Origin: an uncultured Gammaproteobacteria bacterium
Lineage (GTDB): Bacteria > Pseudomonadota > Gammaproteobacteria > Steroidobacterales > Steroidobacteraceae
DNA length: 64,000 bases
Assembly: GCA_963805965.1 (NCBI GenBank)
Contig: CAWDVQ010000011.1
Coordinates: 235,802 to 299,801, forward strand
Direction of reading: 5' to 3'
Shown piece after piece: positions 16,982-25,767 of this stretch. Positions within the stretch are counted from its first letter, which is position 1. The number at the start of each line of letters is the position of its first letter. The translations under genes and the position numbers were made by a program. Below the pieces are notes generated by a model. That model worked only from the letters and a program-made list of their open reading frames with translations, was not told where the DNA came from and did not search any database.

Positions 16982-17428
16982 CTATTTGAGCTCGAGTACC
17001 TGCATGGTCGAGGAGCCAAGCACGCGCCGGATCTTGGCGCGATCAGCCTGCGCCTGACTGGACGCGGCTACCGAGCCCTCGATCTGCTTGGCGATGGCAT
17101 CGCTCTTGGCGATCGCCCCGTCGAGCGACGCCCAGTTCTTGGACCTGACCACCAGCAGGATATCCGCATCATCCGGGCCACGCGGCTCGACCGTGAGTAC
17201 TTCGTAGCTGGTGATGTAACCGGCCTTCTTTGCGGCTTCCTCCTCCTGCTTCCAGGTGGTATCAAGCCACTTCATGTAGTCATCGAAATGGCCATCCATG
17301 GTGCGGATTCTGGCGACGTTGACAACGCCGCCCTCCGTGTAGGCGTGATCGTCGGCAACGGCGCTGGCGCTCATGCCAGTGAGAGCGGCACAGGCCGCAA
17401 CGGCGGCCAACAGGTGCTTAGTCGACAT
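16982..17428 (-). CDS. secreted hypothetical protein
   Basis: 148-aa ORF with signal peptide MSTKHLLAAVAACAALTGMSASAVA. No family recognised. Confidence 0.6.
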   Translation of the reverse strand: MSTKHLLAAVAACAALTGMSASAVADDHAYTEGGVVNVARIRTMDGHFDDYMKWLDTTWKQEEEAAKKAGYITSYEVLTVEPRGPDDADILLVVRSKNWASLDGAIAKSDAIAKQIEGSVAASSQAQADRAKIRRVLGSSTMQVLELK

Positions 17429-17567
17429 GATGATTCTCCCTCATGGAAATATGTGCTGATCGGAGCGCGCCCGGCTAACGCTCCTGTGGCGCGCAGGCCG
17501 CGATTATGCACTCTCGAGCGGTGGCCGCAAATAAACCTGGTCGCAAATAGAGATAGCCGCAGACAAA

Positions 17568-18338
17568 CTAGATGCCGGCGTACCAGTCGTAACCCTGGTC
17601 CTCCCAGTATCCGCCGCGGCCACGCCCGATGGCACCTAAGCTATCCACCAGCTGCAGGCGCATGATGTACTTGGCCATCTTGTAGCCGAGCTGGCGCTCG
17701 ACCCGCACCCGCAGCGGCGCGCCGTTGGCGATCGGCAGCGTGGCATCGTTGAGTTCGTAGGCAAGAATGGTCTGGGGATGATAGGCATCCTCCATGTCGA
17801 TGCTCTCGTAGTATTTGGTGCCGAGAGCGTCCATTGGATCGGCGCAATGGAACACCACGAAGCGCGCCGCCGCGGTCGGGCGCGCCAGCGCCAGCACGTC
17901 GCCGAGCGGCACGCCCTTCCATTTTCCAATCGCGCTCCAGCCCTCGACGCAGTCATGGCGCGTGATCTGTACCCGGCTGCGCATGGCGCGCAGCTGCTCG
18001 AGCGACAACCCGAGCGGCTGTTGCACCAGGCCATCGACCTGCAGTTGCCAGTTGGAGAAGCCGGCCTGCGCGAGCGCCTGATAAGCGGCATCGTTGGGAT
18101 TGGCGGTGCCGTTGCTGCGGAAGCTCGGCGACAGATCGCGTTCGGTGAACTCCTCGGCCATCGATTTGCGCGCCGTCACCGCATGCTGCACGCGGCGACT
18201 CAGCACCTCACCGGCCTTGAGAATGCCGGGGAACCAGTCGGTGCGCGACAGCGCATCGCAGCCGCCCAGCAGCAGGCCGCCGATGGCGGTCAGCAGGTTG
18301 CGACGCAGGCGGCGCGGCGACTGGCTGTGCTTGGTCAC
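17568..18338 (-). CDS. molybdopterin-dependent oxidoreductase (sulfite-oxidase/YedY-like fold)
   Basis: ITRHDCVEGWSAIGKWKGVPL..VL and GAPLRVRVERQLGYKMAKYI are signatures of the Mo-binding oxidoreductase domain. N-terminus has RRLRRNLL plus an LLGGC lipobox-like motif. GTGA overlap with the upstream cytochrome b gene. Confidence 0.8.
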   Translation of the reverse strand: MTKHSQSPRRLRRNLLTAIGGLLLGGCDALSRTDWFPGILKAGEVLSRRVQHAVTARKSMAEEFTERDLSPSFRSNGTANPNDAAYQALAQAGFSNWQLQVDGLVQQPLGLSLEQLRAMRSRVQITRHDCVEGWSAIGKWKGVPLGDVLALARPTAAARFVVFHCADPMDALGTKYYESIDMEDAYHPQTILAYELNDATLPIANGAPLRVRVERQLGYKMAKYIMRLQLVDSLGAIGRGRGGYWEDQGYDWYAGI

Positions 18339-19156
18339 GTCGGTATCCGGTAGCGGCCGGTAATCATCGAGCGCAGGTTATTCCACACACCGCTGATCAG
18401 GACTTCGAATAAGTGGATCAGCACGAACAGCACCAGCGACCAGGCCACCACGAAGTGCAGCGTGCGCGCCGATTGCCGGCCGCCGATGAATTCCACCCAT
18501 CCGGGCAACGCCGAATCCAGCCGCGGTGACATCGCCCAGCCGGTCAGGATCATGAGTGGCAGCAGGATGAAGATGACTGCCAGGTAGGCGAGTTTCTGCA
18601 GCACGTTGTAGCGTGTCGCGGCCGCCCCGGTGGGATGACGCAGGCGCACGTGATCGAGAATGGAGCGGCCGATCGAGCGCCAATCCAGCCGTGTCGGCAG
18701 CAGGTCGCGCTCTACGTGACGGCTCAGGAATGAAAACGCCAGGTAGACGCAGCCGTTGATCACCAGCAGCCATGCGAAGAAGAAGTGCCAGTGCCGCGCC
18801 ATGGCGAGCCACGGGAAGCTCGGGATCGTAATCCAGGACGGGAAGCCCTTTGCCACCTGTCGGCCGCCGTCGGTCGACAAGCCCAGCACACCGGTGGTGT
18901 TGAAGGTGTGATCAAAAACGCGCGTGGTCCCGACGGTCCTGCCATCGGCCGTGACCGCAGCTCCGGTCTCGAAGATCGGAGCGCGATTGGTGTAGGACGA
19001 CTTGCCCCACGACAGGCTCGGGTGGGCATTGAAGATCTGCAGCCCGCTCATCAGCAGTATCGTCAGTGCGATGACGTTGATCCAGTGGGTGACGCGCACC
19101 ACCAGTGCGTGCCGAAAATATAGATTGCCGCGTGCGGCGGACTGCGATGCTGCCAT
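18335..19156 (-). CDS. cytochrome b (Ni-hydrogenase b-type/cyt b561-like) membrane subunit
   Basis: FRHALVVRVTHWINVIALTILLMSGLQIFNAHP, conserved His-bearing helices and 4-5 TM segments. Coupled to the Mo-oxidoreductase. Confidence 0.75.
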   Translation of the reverse strand: MAASQSAARGNLYFRHALVVRVTHWINVIALTILLMSGLQIFNAHPSLSWGKSSYTNRAPIFETGAAVTADGRTVGTTRVFDHTFNTTGVLGLSTDGGRQVAKGFPSWITIPSFPWLAMARHWHFFFAWLLVINGCVYLAFSFLSRHVERDLLPTRLDWRSIGRSILDHVRLRHPTGAAATRYNVLQKLAYLAVIFILLPLMILTGWAMSPRLDSALPGWVEFIGGRQSARTLHFVVAWSLVLFVLIHLFEVLISGVWNNLRSMITGRYRIPT

Positions 19157-19185
19157 GGCGCCTCCAGGGCGTAATCATATCGCGG

Positions 19186-19503
19186 TTATTCGCCGCAGGT
19201 CGGGCAGCGTTCGAATGTCGCCGGGCCGTACAGGTCGGTGACCGCCGGATCGGTAGGCCGGACATGCACGAAGCGGCGCACGCCGTCGCGGTGGCAGAAG
19301 AACGATCCAAAGCGCCCGTCATCCTCGATGCTCCAGCCTTCGGCCGCCAGGCGGTCCATCGCGCGCGCCAGTACGGCGTAAAGATCGGTGCCGGGTTGCA
19401 GCGGGCTCGAGTCCAGCACCCGGCCCTGCATATCGCTGACGGTGAGCCAGTGCGGGTCGCGGCGGTTGGATAACGGCTTGCGGTCGTCGCGGCGGCGTAT
19501 CAT
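19186..19503 (-). CDS. hypothetical protein (start uncertain)
   Basis: ORF ending in ...FERCPTCGE. The longest version starts at 19590, where its ATG would share nucleotides with the divergent SRAP ATG (CATG at 19588-19591). An internal ATG (MIRRRDDRK) was therefore preferred. Confidence 0.35.
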   Translation of the reverse strand: MIRRRDDRKPLSNRRDPHWLTVSDMQGRVLDSSPLQPGTDLYAVLARAMDRLAAEGWSIEDDGRFGSFFCHRDGVRRFVHVRPTDPAVTDLYGPATFERCPTCGE

Positions 19504-19588
19504 GCCGACACCGTAGGGGCGCGACGCGACCGGCGTCCATTCAGTACTCCGCGGTGCAGCAAGCTGTATAGACTTCAAGCTACCTATC

Positions 19589-20275
19589 ATGTGCGGCCGC
19601 TACATCACCAAGGATCAAAGGGCGCTCGAGCGCGAACTGCCGTTTCTCGACGTCAAGCACTGGCCGCAGTTCGAGGCCAGCTACAACCTCGCGCCGACCC
19701 AGCCGGCGCCGGTGGTCATCGCGAGCCCCGGCGGCAACGTGTGCCAGCTGATGCGCTTCGGGCTGATCCCGTTTTTTGCCAAGGGCGTGCCCGGCAAATA
19801 CAGCACCATCAATGCGCGCGTCGAGACGATCGAGACCTCCGCGGCCTTTCGCGGTCCGTGGAAGCGCCAGCAGCGCTGCCTGGTGCTTGCCAGCGGTTTC
19901 TACGAGTGGCATCTGCTGCCGGATGGCAAGAGCAAGCAGCCGTATTTCATCAAGCCGGCCGATCAGGACAGCTTTGCGTTCGCAGGTCTGTGGGACACGT
20001 CGAAGGCCGATGACGGCACCGTCATCTACAGTTTCACCATCATCACGCTGCCGGCGTCGCCGTTGATGGCGCAGATCCACAACACCAAGCAGCGTGAGCC
20101 GGCGGTGCTGAGCGCCGCGGGCTGCCGGATCTGGCTTGGCGGTACGGCGGAGCAGGGGTGTGAGCTGCTGCGCCCCTATCCCGATGATCTCCTGGTCGCA
20201 TGGCCGGTCAGCAGGCGTGTGAATTCGCCGGGCAACAATGACGCGCAGCTGCTACAACCGGTGGAAACTGCATGA
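19589..20275 (+). CDS. SOS-response-associated peptidase (SRAP/YedK family)
   Basis: N-terminal MCGRY with catalytic Cys2. Also YNLAPTQ, MRFGLIP.FAK, INARVET, FYEW and PAVL motifs. Confidence 0.9.
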   Translation: MCGRYITKDQRALERELPFLDVKHWPQFEASYNLAPTQPAPVVIASPGGNVCQLMRFGLIPFFAKGVPGKYSTINARVETIETSAAFRGPWKRQQRCLVLASGFYEWHLLPDGKSKQPYFIKPADQDSFAFAGLWDTSKADDGTVIYSFTIITLPASPLMAQIHNTKQREPAVLSAAGCRIWLGGTAEQGCELLRPYPDDLLVAWPVSRRVNSPGNNDAQLLQPVETA

Positions 20276-20337
20276 CCGCACCGATTTGCGTGCCGACTCG
20301 CGCGCCGAGGCTATGACGTGGCCGCGGGTTACGCATC

Positions 20338-21621
20338 ATGCCGTTGACGATCATCACTACCACCTGGCCGTTGCTGCTTGGCATGGGTGTGCTGATGCTG
20401 GGCGCCGGCCTGCAAAGCACGGTGCTCGGCTTGCGCGCGACACTGGAAGGATTCCCCACGCCGGTCACGGGCGCGATCATGTCCTGCTACTACGTGGGGT
20501 ACCTCGCGGGCACCGTCGCTGCGCCGCGCATGCTGCGCCAGATCGGGCACATCCGCGTGTTCGCCGCACTGGCGGCGGTGGCTTCGGCAGCAGCTCTGGT
20601 GCAGGCGCTGTTCGTGCACCCGTTTGCCTGGGGCGCGATGCGTGCGACTTCCGGCTTGTGTTTCGCCGGCATCTACGTCGTGGCCGAGAGCTGGCTCAAC
20701 GATCGCGCCAGCCGTGCCAATCGCGGCCGCCTGCTCGCGGTCTACATGCTGGTGCTGTACATCGGTCTCGGTTCCGCCCAGTTCCTGCTGATCCCTTCCA
20801 ATCCGAGCACCCCGGCGCCGTTCATGCTGGTCTCGGCCCTGATCTGCCTGGCGATGGTTCCGATTGTGGTCTCGGCACGCCAGGCACCGGAACCGGCACT
20901 GCCGAGCAAAGTGCGCTATCGCGACCTGTATCGGAATTCCCCGCTCGGCGTGGTGGCGGTCGCCATCTCAGGCCTGATATCCGCGATCATCTTCTCGATG
21001 GGTCCGGTCTATGCGCGCCTGAGCGGCATGGCGACGGCCGACGTCGCCACGTTCATGGCGCTGAGCATCTTTGCCGCCGTGCTGACGCAGTATCCGATCG
21101 GCCGGCTGTCCGATCGTATCGATCGGCGCACCGTGATCGCTGGCATCTGCAGCGTGGCCACCGCGCTGGCGGCCGGCATTGCTCTGTTTGGGGGCATGCC
21201 GCGGCTGCTGTTCCTGGCACTCTCGGCGCTGTTCAGCGGCTTCGTGCTGACGCTGTATTCACTGGCCATATCGCACGTCAACGACAAACTGGAACCGGCA
21301 CAGACGGTTGTGGCCAGCAGTGCGTTGCTGCGCCTCAATGGCACCGCTGCGGCCGCCGGGCCGCTGCTCGCCGGCAGCTTGATGGCGGCTTTCGGACCGG
21401 CGGCGTATTTCGTCACGCTCGGATCATTGACCGGGACGCTGACGATTTACGACCTGTGGCGCAAGAGTCGACGCCGGCCGGTGCCCAGCGCACTGAAGGG
21501 GCCGTTCATCAACGTGCAGCCGCAGGGCATGACCGGTCAGATCGCAGCCGGACTCGACCAGCGGCCCGAGCGGCCGCCCGGGGCCGTGACCGAAAGGCGC
21601 GCCCGGGTGCGCGACGGCTGA
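20338..21621 (+). CDS. MFS transporter (YcaD-like)
   Basis: 427-aa ORF with 12 predicted hydrophobic segments. GYLAGTV..PRML..IGHIRVF and ESWLNDRA..ANRGRLLAVYM motifs. Confidence 0.8.
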   Translation: MPLTIITTTWPLLLGMGVLMLGAGLQSTVLGLRATLEGFPTPVTGAIMSCYYVGYLAGTVAAPRMLRQIGHIRVFAALAAVASAAALVQALFVHPFAWGAMRATSGLCFAGIYVVAESWLNDRASRANRGRLLAVYMLVLYIGLGSAQFLLIPSNPSTPAPFMLVSALICLAMVPIVVSARQAPEPALPSKVRYRDLYRNSPLGVVAVAISGLISAIIFSMGPVYARLSGMATADVATFMALSIFAAVLTQYPIGRLSDRIDRRTVIAGICSVATALAAGIALFGGMPRLLFLALSALFSGFVLTLYSLAISHVNDKLEPAQTVVASSALLRLNGTAAAAGPLLAGSLMAAFGPAAYFVTLGSLTGTLTIYDLWRKSRRRPVPSALKGPFINVQPQGMTGQIAAGLDQRPERPPGAVTERRARVRDG

Positions 21622-21654
21622 TGAACGCAGGCCAATGAACGCGCGCCAGGGCGG

Positions 21655-24066
21655 TCAGCTACGCATGCGCCTGCCGTCAGGATCGAAGGCTGGCGCGCCC
21701 AGCCGCACCGCTGCGCAGCGCTCGCCGATCAGCTCCACTTCGAACCCGGTGGAGTGGGGCGCGACTTCACGAGTCACGTAGCCCAGCGCGAGCGATTTTC
21801 GAACGCTGTGCCCGTAGCCGCCGGAGGTGACCCAGCCGACCACGCGGCCATCGTGCCAGATCGGCTCATCGCCGATCGCGTCGGCATCGCGCGCCGCCAC
21901 CTCGAGCGTGATCAGGCGCCGCTCGCCGCCGCCGGCCTGTGCCGCGACCGCGGCGTCGCGACCGACGAACTCGCCTTTGTTCAGGTCGACGAAGCGGCCG
22001 AGGCCGGCTTCGTACGGGCTGTAGATCGGGCGGTATTCGCGCGCCCAGGTGCCAAAGCTTTTTTCCAGGCGCATGGCATGCAGGGCGCGGCCGCCAAAGT
22101 GGCGCAGCTGGAGCTTATCGCCCGCCTGTGTCAGCAGCTCGAACAGCGTGCGTTGATAGTCGGTGGTGACCCAGATCTCGTAACCCAGATCGCCGGTAAA
22201 TGAAATGCGGCCGACCAGCGCCGGGACCATGCCAACGTCCAGTTGCCGAAAGCTCAGGAATGGAAACGCCGCGCTCGACAGGTCCGCATCCACCAGCGAC
22301 TGCAGCAGGTCGCGCGAGCGCGGACCGGCCAGCGACAGGCCGACGTATTGCATCGCGCACGGGCGCAGGCTGACACCGCTCGCGGGCATGTGGCGCTCGA
22401 ACCAGCGCAGGTAATAGCGCTCGGCCGCGTAGGTGCCGATGAGAAAGAATCGCTGTTCGGACAGCCGGCACAGCGTGAAATCGCCGATCAGTCGGCCGCG
22501 CTCGTTGAGCATCGGAGTCAGCGTGATGCGACCGACGGCCGGAACACGATTGGCCATGATGGACGACAGCCAGGCGGCCGCGGCCGGCCCGCTGACCTCG
22601 AACTTGCCGTAATTGGAGATCTCCAGCAGCCCGACCGCCTCGCGCACCGCGCGGCATTCCTCGCCGACCACCGCATGAGCGTTGGAACGCCGGAAGCTGA
22701 CGGTCTCGTGCGGCGCGCTGCCCTTGGGTGCGAACCACAGCGGGTGCTCGAGTCCGCAGTATTCGCCGAACACGGCGTTTTGCGACTGCAGTCGCTCGTA
22801 GATGGGTGTGGTGCGCAGCGGCCGGGCCGCGTCCAGCTCCTCGTTTGGAAACCGGATGCGAAAACGCCTGGAATAATTTTCACGCACCTTGGCATTGGTG
22901 TAGGCAGGCGTGGCCCAGTCGCCGTAGCGCGCCACGTCCATGCCCCAGATGTCGGCGCCGGGATCGCCATCGACCATCCAGTGCGCCAGCGCCAGTCCGA
23001 CACCGCCGCCCTGGCTGAAGCCGGCCATGACGGCGCAGGCCACCCAGTAGTTGGCGAGCCCAGGCACCGGGCCGAGCAGCGGATTGCCATCCGGAGCGAA
23101 GGTGAACGGGCCGTTCACCACTTTGCGGATGCCGGCACTGGCCAGCCGCGGAAAGTGTTCGAAGGCCACTTGCAGGCTGGGTGCTATGCGCTCCAGATCG
23201 TTGGGCAGGAGGTCCTGGCCGAAATCCCACGGCGTGGTGCGCGGCGACCACGGCACCCCGGCGCGCTCATAGGTGCCCAGCAGCATGCCGCCGCGCTCCT
23301 GGCGCATGTAGATCTCGCCCTCGAAATCGATACAGTGCAGCTGCTCCTTCTGGCCTGCGAATTCCGGCAGGTCCTCGGTGATCAGGTACTGGTGCTCCAT
23401 TGCCAGCACCGGCAGCGTAAGGCCCACCATGCGGCCGACCTCGCGCGCCCACAGCCCCGCGGCATTTACCACGTGCTCGGCGTGTACCGTGCCGCGCTCG
23501 GTGATGACATCCCAGCTGCCATCGGGGCGAGCTTTCATGTCCAGCACGCGTGTCTGGCGGTTGATCTCCGCCCCGGCGAGCTGCGCCGAGCGGGCATAGG
23601 CATGGGTCACGCCGTACGGATCGACGTGGCCCTCGATCGGGTCATAGATGGCGCCGACGAAATGCGCCTCATCGAGCAGCGGATAGATCTTCTTGGCCTC
23701 CGCGACCGACAGCAGCTGCAGCTCCATGCCGAGGTAGCGGCCGCGCGCCTGTGCCATCTTCAGCCAGTCGAGCCGCTCGGGCGTACCGGCCAGCAGGATG
23801 CCGCCGTTGACGTGCGCGCCGCACGACACACCCGAGATGCGCTCGATTTCCTGGTATAGCCCGATGGTGTACTGCTGCAGCTTGGCGACGTTGGGGTCGC
23901 CATTGACGGTGTGCATGCCGCCGGCGGCGTGCCAGGTGGAGCCTGAGGTCAGCTCCGCGCGCTCGATCAGCATCACATCGCGCCAGCCGGCTTTGGTGAG
24001 GTGATACAGCACGCTGGCGCCAACCACGCCGCCGCCGATCACCGCTACCCTGGTGTGTGTCTGCAT
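21655..24066 (-). CDS. dimethylglycine/sarcosine dehydrogenase-family flavoprotein (DAO domain + GcvT THF-binding domain), paralog 1
   Basis: 803 aa. VAVIGGGVVGASVLYHL dinucleotide fold, SGSTWHAAGGMH (covalent-FAD His context), and a C-terminal aminomethyltransferase-fold region (ISFTGDLGYEIW). Confidence 0.88.
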   Translation of the reverse strand: MQTHTRVAVIGGGVVGASVLYHLTKAGWRDVMLIERAELTSGSTWHAAGGMHTVNGDPNVAKLQQYTIGLYQEIERISGVSCGAHVNGGILLAGTPERLDWLKMAQARGRYLGMELQLLSVAEAKKIYPLLDEAHFVGAIYDPIEGHVDPYGVTHAYARSAQLAGAEINRQTRVLDMKARPDGSWDVITERGTVHAEHVVNAAGLWAREVGRMVGLTLPVLAMEHQYLITEDLPEFAGQKEQLHCIDFEGEIYMRQERGGMLLGTYERAGVPWSPRTTPWDFGQDLLPNDLERIAPSLQVAFEHFPRLASAGIRKVVNGPFTFAPDGNPLLGPVPGLANYWVACAVMAGFSQGGGVGLALAHWMVDGDPGADIWGMDVARYGDWATPAYTNAKVRENYSRRFRIRFPNEELDAARPLRTTPIYERLQSQNAVFGEYCGLEHPLWFAPKGSAPHETVSFRRSNAHAVVGEECRAVREAVGLLEISNYGKFEVSGPAAAAWLSSIMANRVPAVGRITLTPMLNERGRLIGDFTLCRLSEQRFFLIGTYAAERYYLRWFERHMPASGVSLRPCAMQYVGLSLAGPRSRDLLQSLVDADLSSAAFPFLSFRQLDVGMVPALVGRISFTGDLGYEIWVTTDYQRTLFELLTQAGDKLQLRHFGGRALHAMRLEKSFGTWAREYRPIYSPYEAGLGRFVDLNKGEFVGRDAAVAAQAGGGERRLITLEVAARDADAIGDEPIWHDGRVVGWVTSGGYGHSVRKSLALGYVTREVAPHSTGFEVELIGERCAAVRLGAPAFDPDGRRMRS

Positions 24067-24102
24067 GCCGGGCGTTTGCTGTGGCTGACGCGCGTGAGCG
24101 TT

Positions 24103-24162
24103 ATGGTGGGCGTCATGGTGGGCGTCATGGTGGGCGTCGTGGTGGGCGTCGTGGTGGGCGTC
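24103..24162. repeat. perfect 12-nt tandem repeat, 5 copies, in the mttB-1/DMGDH-1 spacer
   Basis: atggtgggcgtc x3 then gtggtgggcgtc x2, with degenerate copies upstream (24079-24102). On the minus strand, in the frame of both flanking genes, it reads (DAHH)5. Confidence 0.95.
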
Positions 24163-24177
24163 TGGGAGTTGCGCGCA

Positions 24178-25767
24178 TCAGCTCACCGGAGGCGCGCCGC
24201 CGGCGGCGATGCGGCGTGCCACGTAGTCGTCCAGTGCCTCGACCACCGCCGGATCGCGCACCGGCGGCACGTAGTTCCTGAGCGTGTCCTGCCACAGTGT
24301 GCTGGCACGCTCGGTCGCGGTGTGCGAACCGGCCTCGGTCCACTGGCCGAAATTGCGCCAGTCGGAGACCAGCGGGGTGTAGAACGCGGTGCGGTAGCGC
24401 GCCATGGTGTGCGCGCAGCCGAAAAAGTGTCCGCCCGGGCCGACTTCCGCGATCGCCTCGACCGCCAGGTCATCGCCGCTGGCGGCAAGCGGCTGAAACA
24501 CCTCGGCAAACATCTGCAGCATCTCGATGTCGAGCATGAACTTCTCGTACGAGGTGGTCAGGCCGCTCTCGAGCCAGCCGGCCGCATGCAGCAGGAAATT
24601 GCAGCCGCCCATGAGCGCGCCCCACAGGCTCATCTGCGATTCGTACGCCGCCTGCGCGTCGGGCGCATTGGATGCGGTGGCATTGGAGGAGCGCCACGGC
24701 AGGCCGATATGCCGCGCCAGCTGGCCGGCGCCGATCGAGGACTTGACGTACTCCGGAGTGCCGAATGCCGGTGAGCCGGATTTCATATCGACATTGGAGG
24801 TGAAGCTGCCGTACACCACCGGCGCGCCGGGGCGCACGATCTGTGACAGCACGGTGCCAGCCAGCGCTTCGGCGTGGGCCAATGTGAGCGCGCCGGCAAC
24901 GGTCACCGGCGCCATCGCCCCGGCAAGCGTGAACGGCGTGATGATGAACACCTGTCCGGCGGCGGCGAACTCGAGGATGCCGTTGCCCATCGGGATGTCG
25001 AGCTGCAGCGGCGAGTTGGTGTTGATGATGGTGGACACGTACGGGCGCGAGCGAAATTGCTCCGGCGTCAGCCCGTACGCAATCCTGATCAGCTCGAAAT
25101 TGTCCGCGATCTGCGGTGAGCCGCGCGAGTAAATCTTGGGAATCTTGTCGGTCAGCAGCAGCATTGCGCGCGCAGTCTCCAGGTGCCGGAACTGTACCGG
25201 TACGTCCTGCGGTTCGACGCCGCCGCCAAGCACGTGGATCACCTCGAAGCTCTGGCACAGCTTCATGATGTTGCAGAAGTCCTCCATGGTGCCGGCGCGC
25301 TTGCCGCCCCTGGTGTCCATGATGTTCGGCGGTCCGGAGGTCGGCGCAAATACCACGTGGCGCCCGGAAATCGGCATGCTGTGCTCCGGATCCCTGGCGT
25401 GCAGCGTGACTTCGCGCGGCGCCGTGGCGAGTGCAGCTGCCACCAGGCCGCGGTCAACGCGCACCATCATCGATGATTCATCGACGCTGGCGCCGCCCCT
25501 GGCATAGGTGTGGCGGGCCTCAGGCAACAGCACCCGCATGCCCTGGTTCTCCAGCACGCCCAGCGCCGCCTCGTGGATGGCCGCGACCTGGTCGTCCGAG
25601 AACACCTTGAGCGGCTCGAACGGGTTGACCAGGTGACGGTAGCTGCGGGTGCGATCCACCACCGGCGCGCTGGCCGCGGCTCCAGGCGGCCGCCGCCGTG
25701 GCCGCCGCTCGACGCGCGCGCCGGATTCGCCGGCGCCGATGAGTGCAGCGGCGGGCTCGTCAGTCAT
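24178..25767 (-). CDS. MttB-superfamily (non-pyrrolysine) quaternary-amine:corrinoid methyltransferase, paralog 1
   Basis: Uninterrupted ORF. IITPFTLAGAMAPVTVAGAL, GSFTSNVDMKSGSPAFGTPEY, LHAAGWLESGL and GPGGHFFGCAHT are typical of the trimethylamine-methyltransferase (MttB) fold. Start chosen at MTDEP, which gives an 8-nt overlap ATGACTGA with the lysR stop. Confidence 0.88.
   Translation of the reverse strand: MTDEPAAALIGAGESGARVERRPRRRPPGAAASAPVVDRTRSYRHLVNPFEPLKVFSDDQVAAIHEAALGVLENQGMRVLLPEARHTYARGGASVDESSMMVRVDRGLVAAALATAPREVTLHARDPEHSMPISGRHVVFAPTSGPPNIMDTRGGKRAGTMEDFCNIMKLCQSFEVIHVLGGGVEPQDVPVQFRHLETARAMLLLTDKIPKIYSRGSPQIADNFELIRIAYGLTPEQFRSRPYVSTIINTNSPLQLDIPMGNGILEFAAAGQVFIITPFTLAGAMAPVTVAGALTLAHAEALAGTVLSQIVRPGAPVVYGSFTSNVDMKSGSPAFGTPEYVKSSIGAGQLARHIGLPWRSSNATASNAPDAQAAYESQMSLWGALMGGCNFLLHAAGWLESGLTTSYEKFMLDIEMLQMFAEVFQPLAASGDDLAVEAIAEVGPGGHFFGCAHTMARYRTAFYTPLVSDWRNFGQWTEAGSHTATERASTLWQDTLRNYVPPVRDPAVVEALDDYVARRIAAGGAPPVS

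Noticed and set aside
19504-19590. The longest form of the hypothetical ORF, whose ATG interlocks with the divergent SRAP ATG (CATG).
   Set aside because: Two divergent genes starting on the same four nucleotides leave no room for promoters or RBSs. An internal start is preferred, and the ORF itself remains low confidence.
24103-24162. Possible CRISPR array or coding minisatellite (plus-strand ORF reads MVGVMVGVMVGV...).
   Set aside because: The repeats are directly abutting 12-mers with no spacers, so this is not CRISPR. The plus-strand ORF 24001-24774 is antisense to mttB-1 and has no coding features. It is kept only as a tandem repeat (see finding).
24178-25767. In-frame amber (pyrrolysine) codon in the MttB genes.
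   Set aside because: All three MttB-family ORFs are uninterrupted. No internal TAG, no pylTSBCD genes and no tRNA-Pyl are visible, so these are non-Pyl family members.
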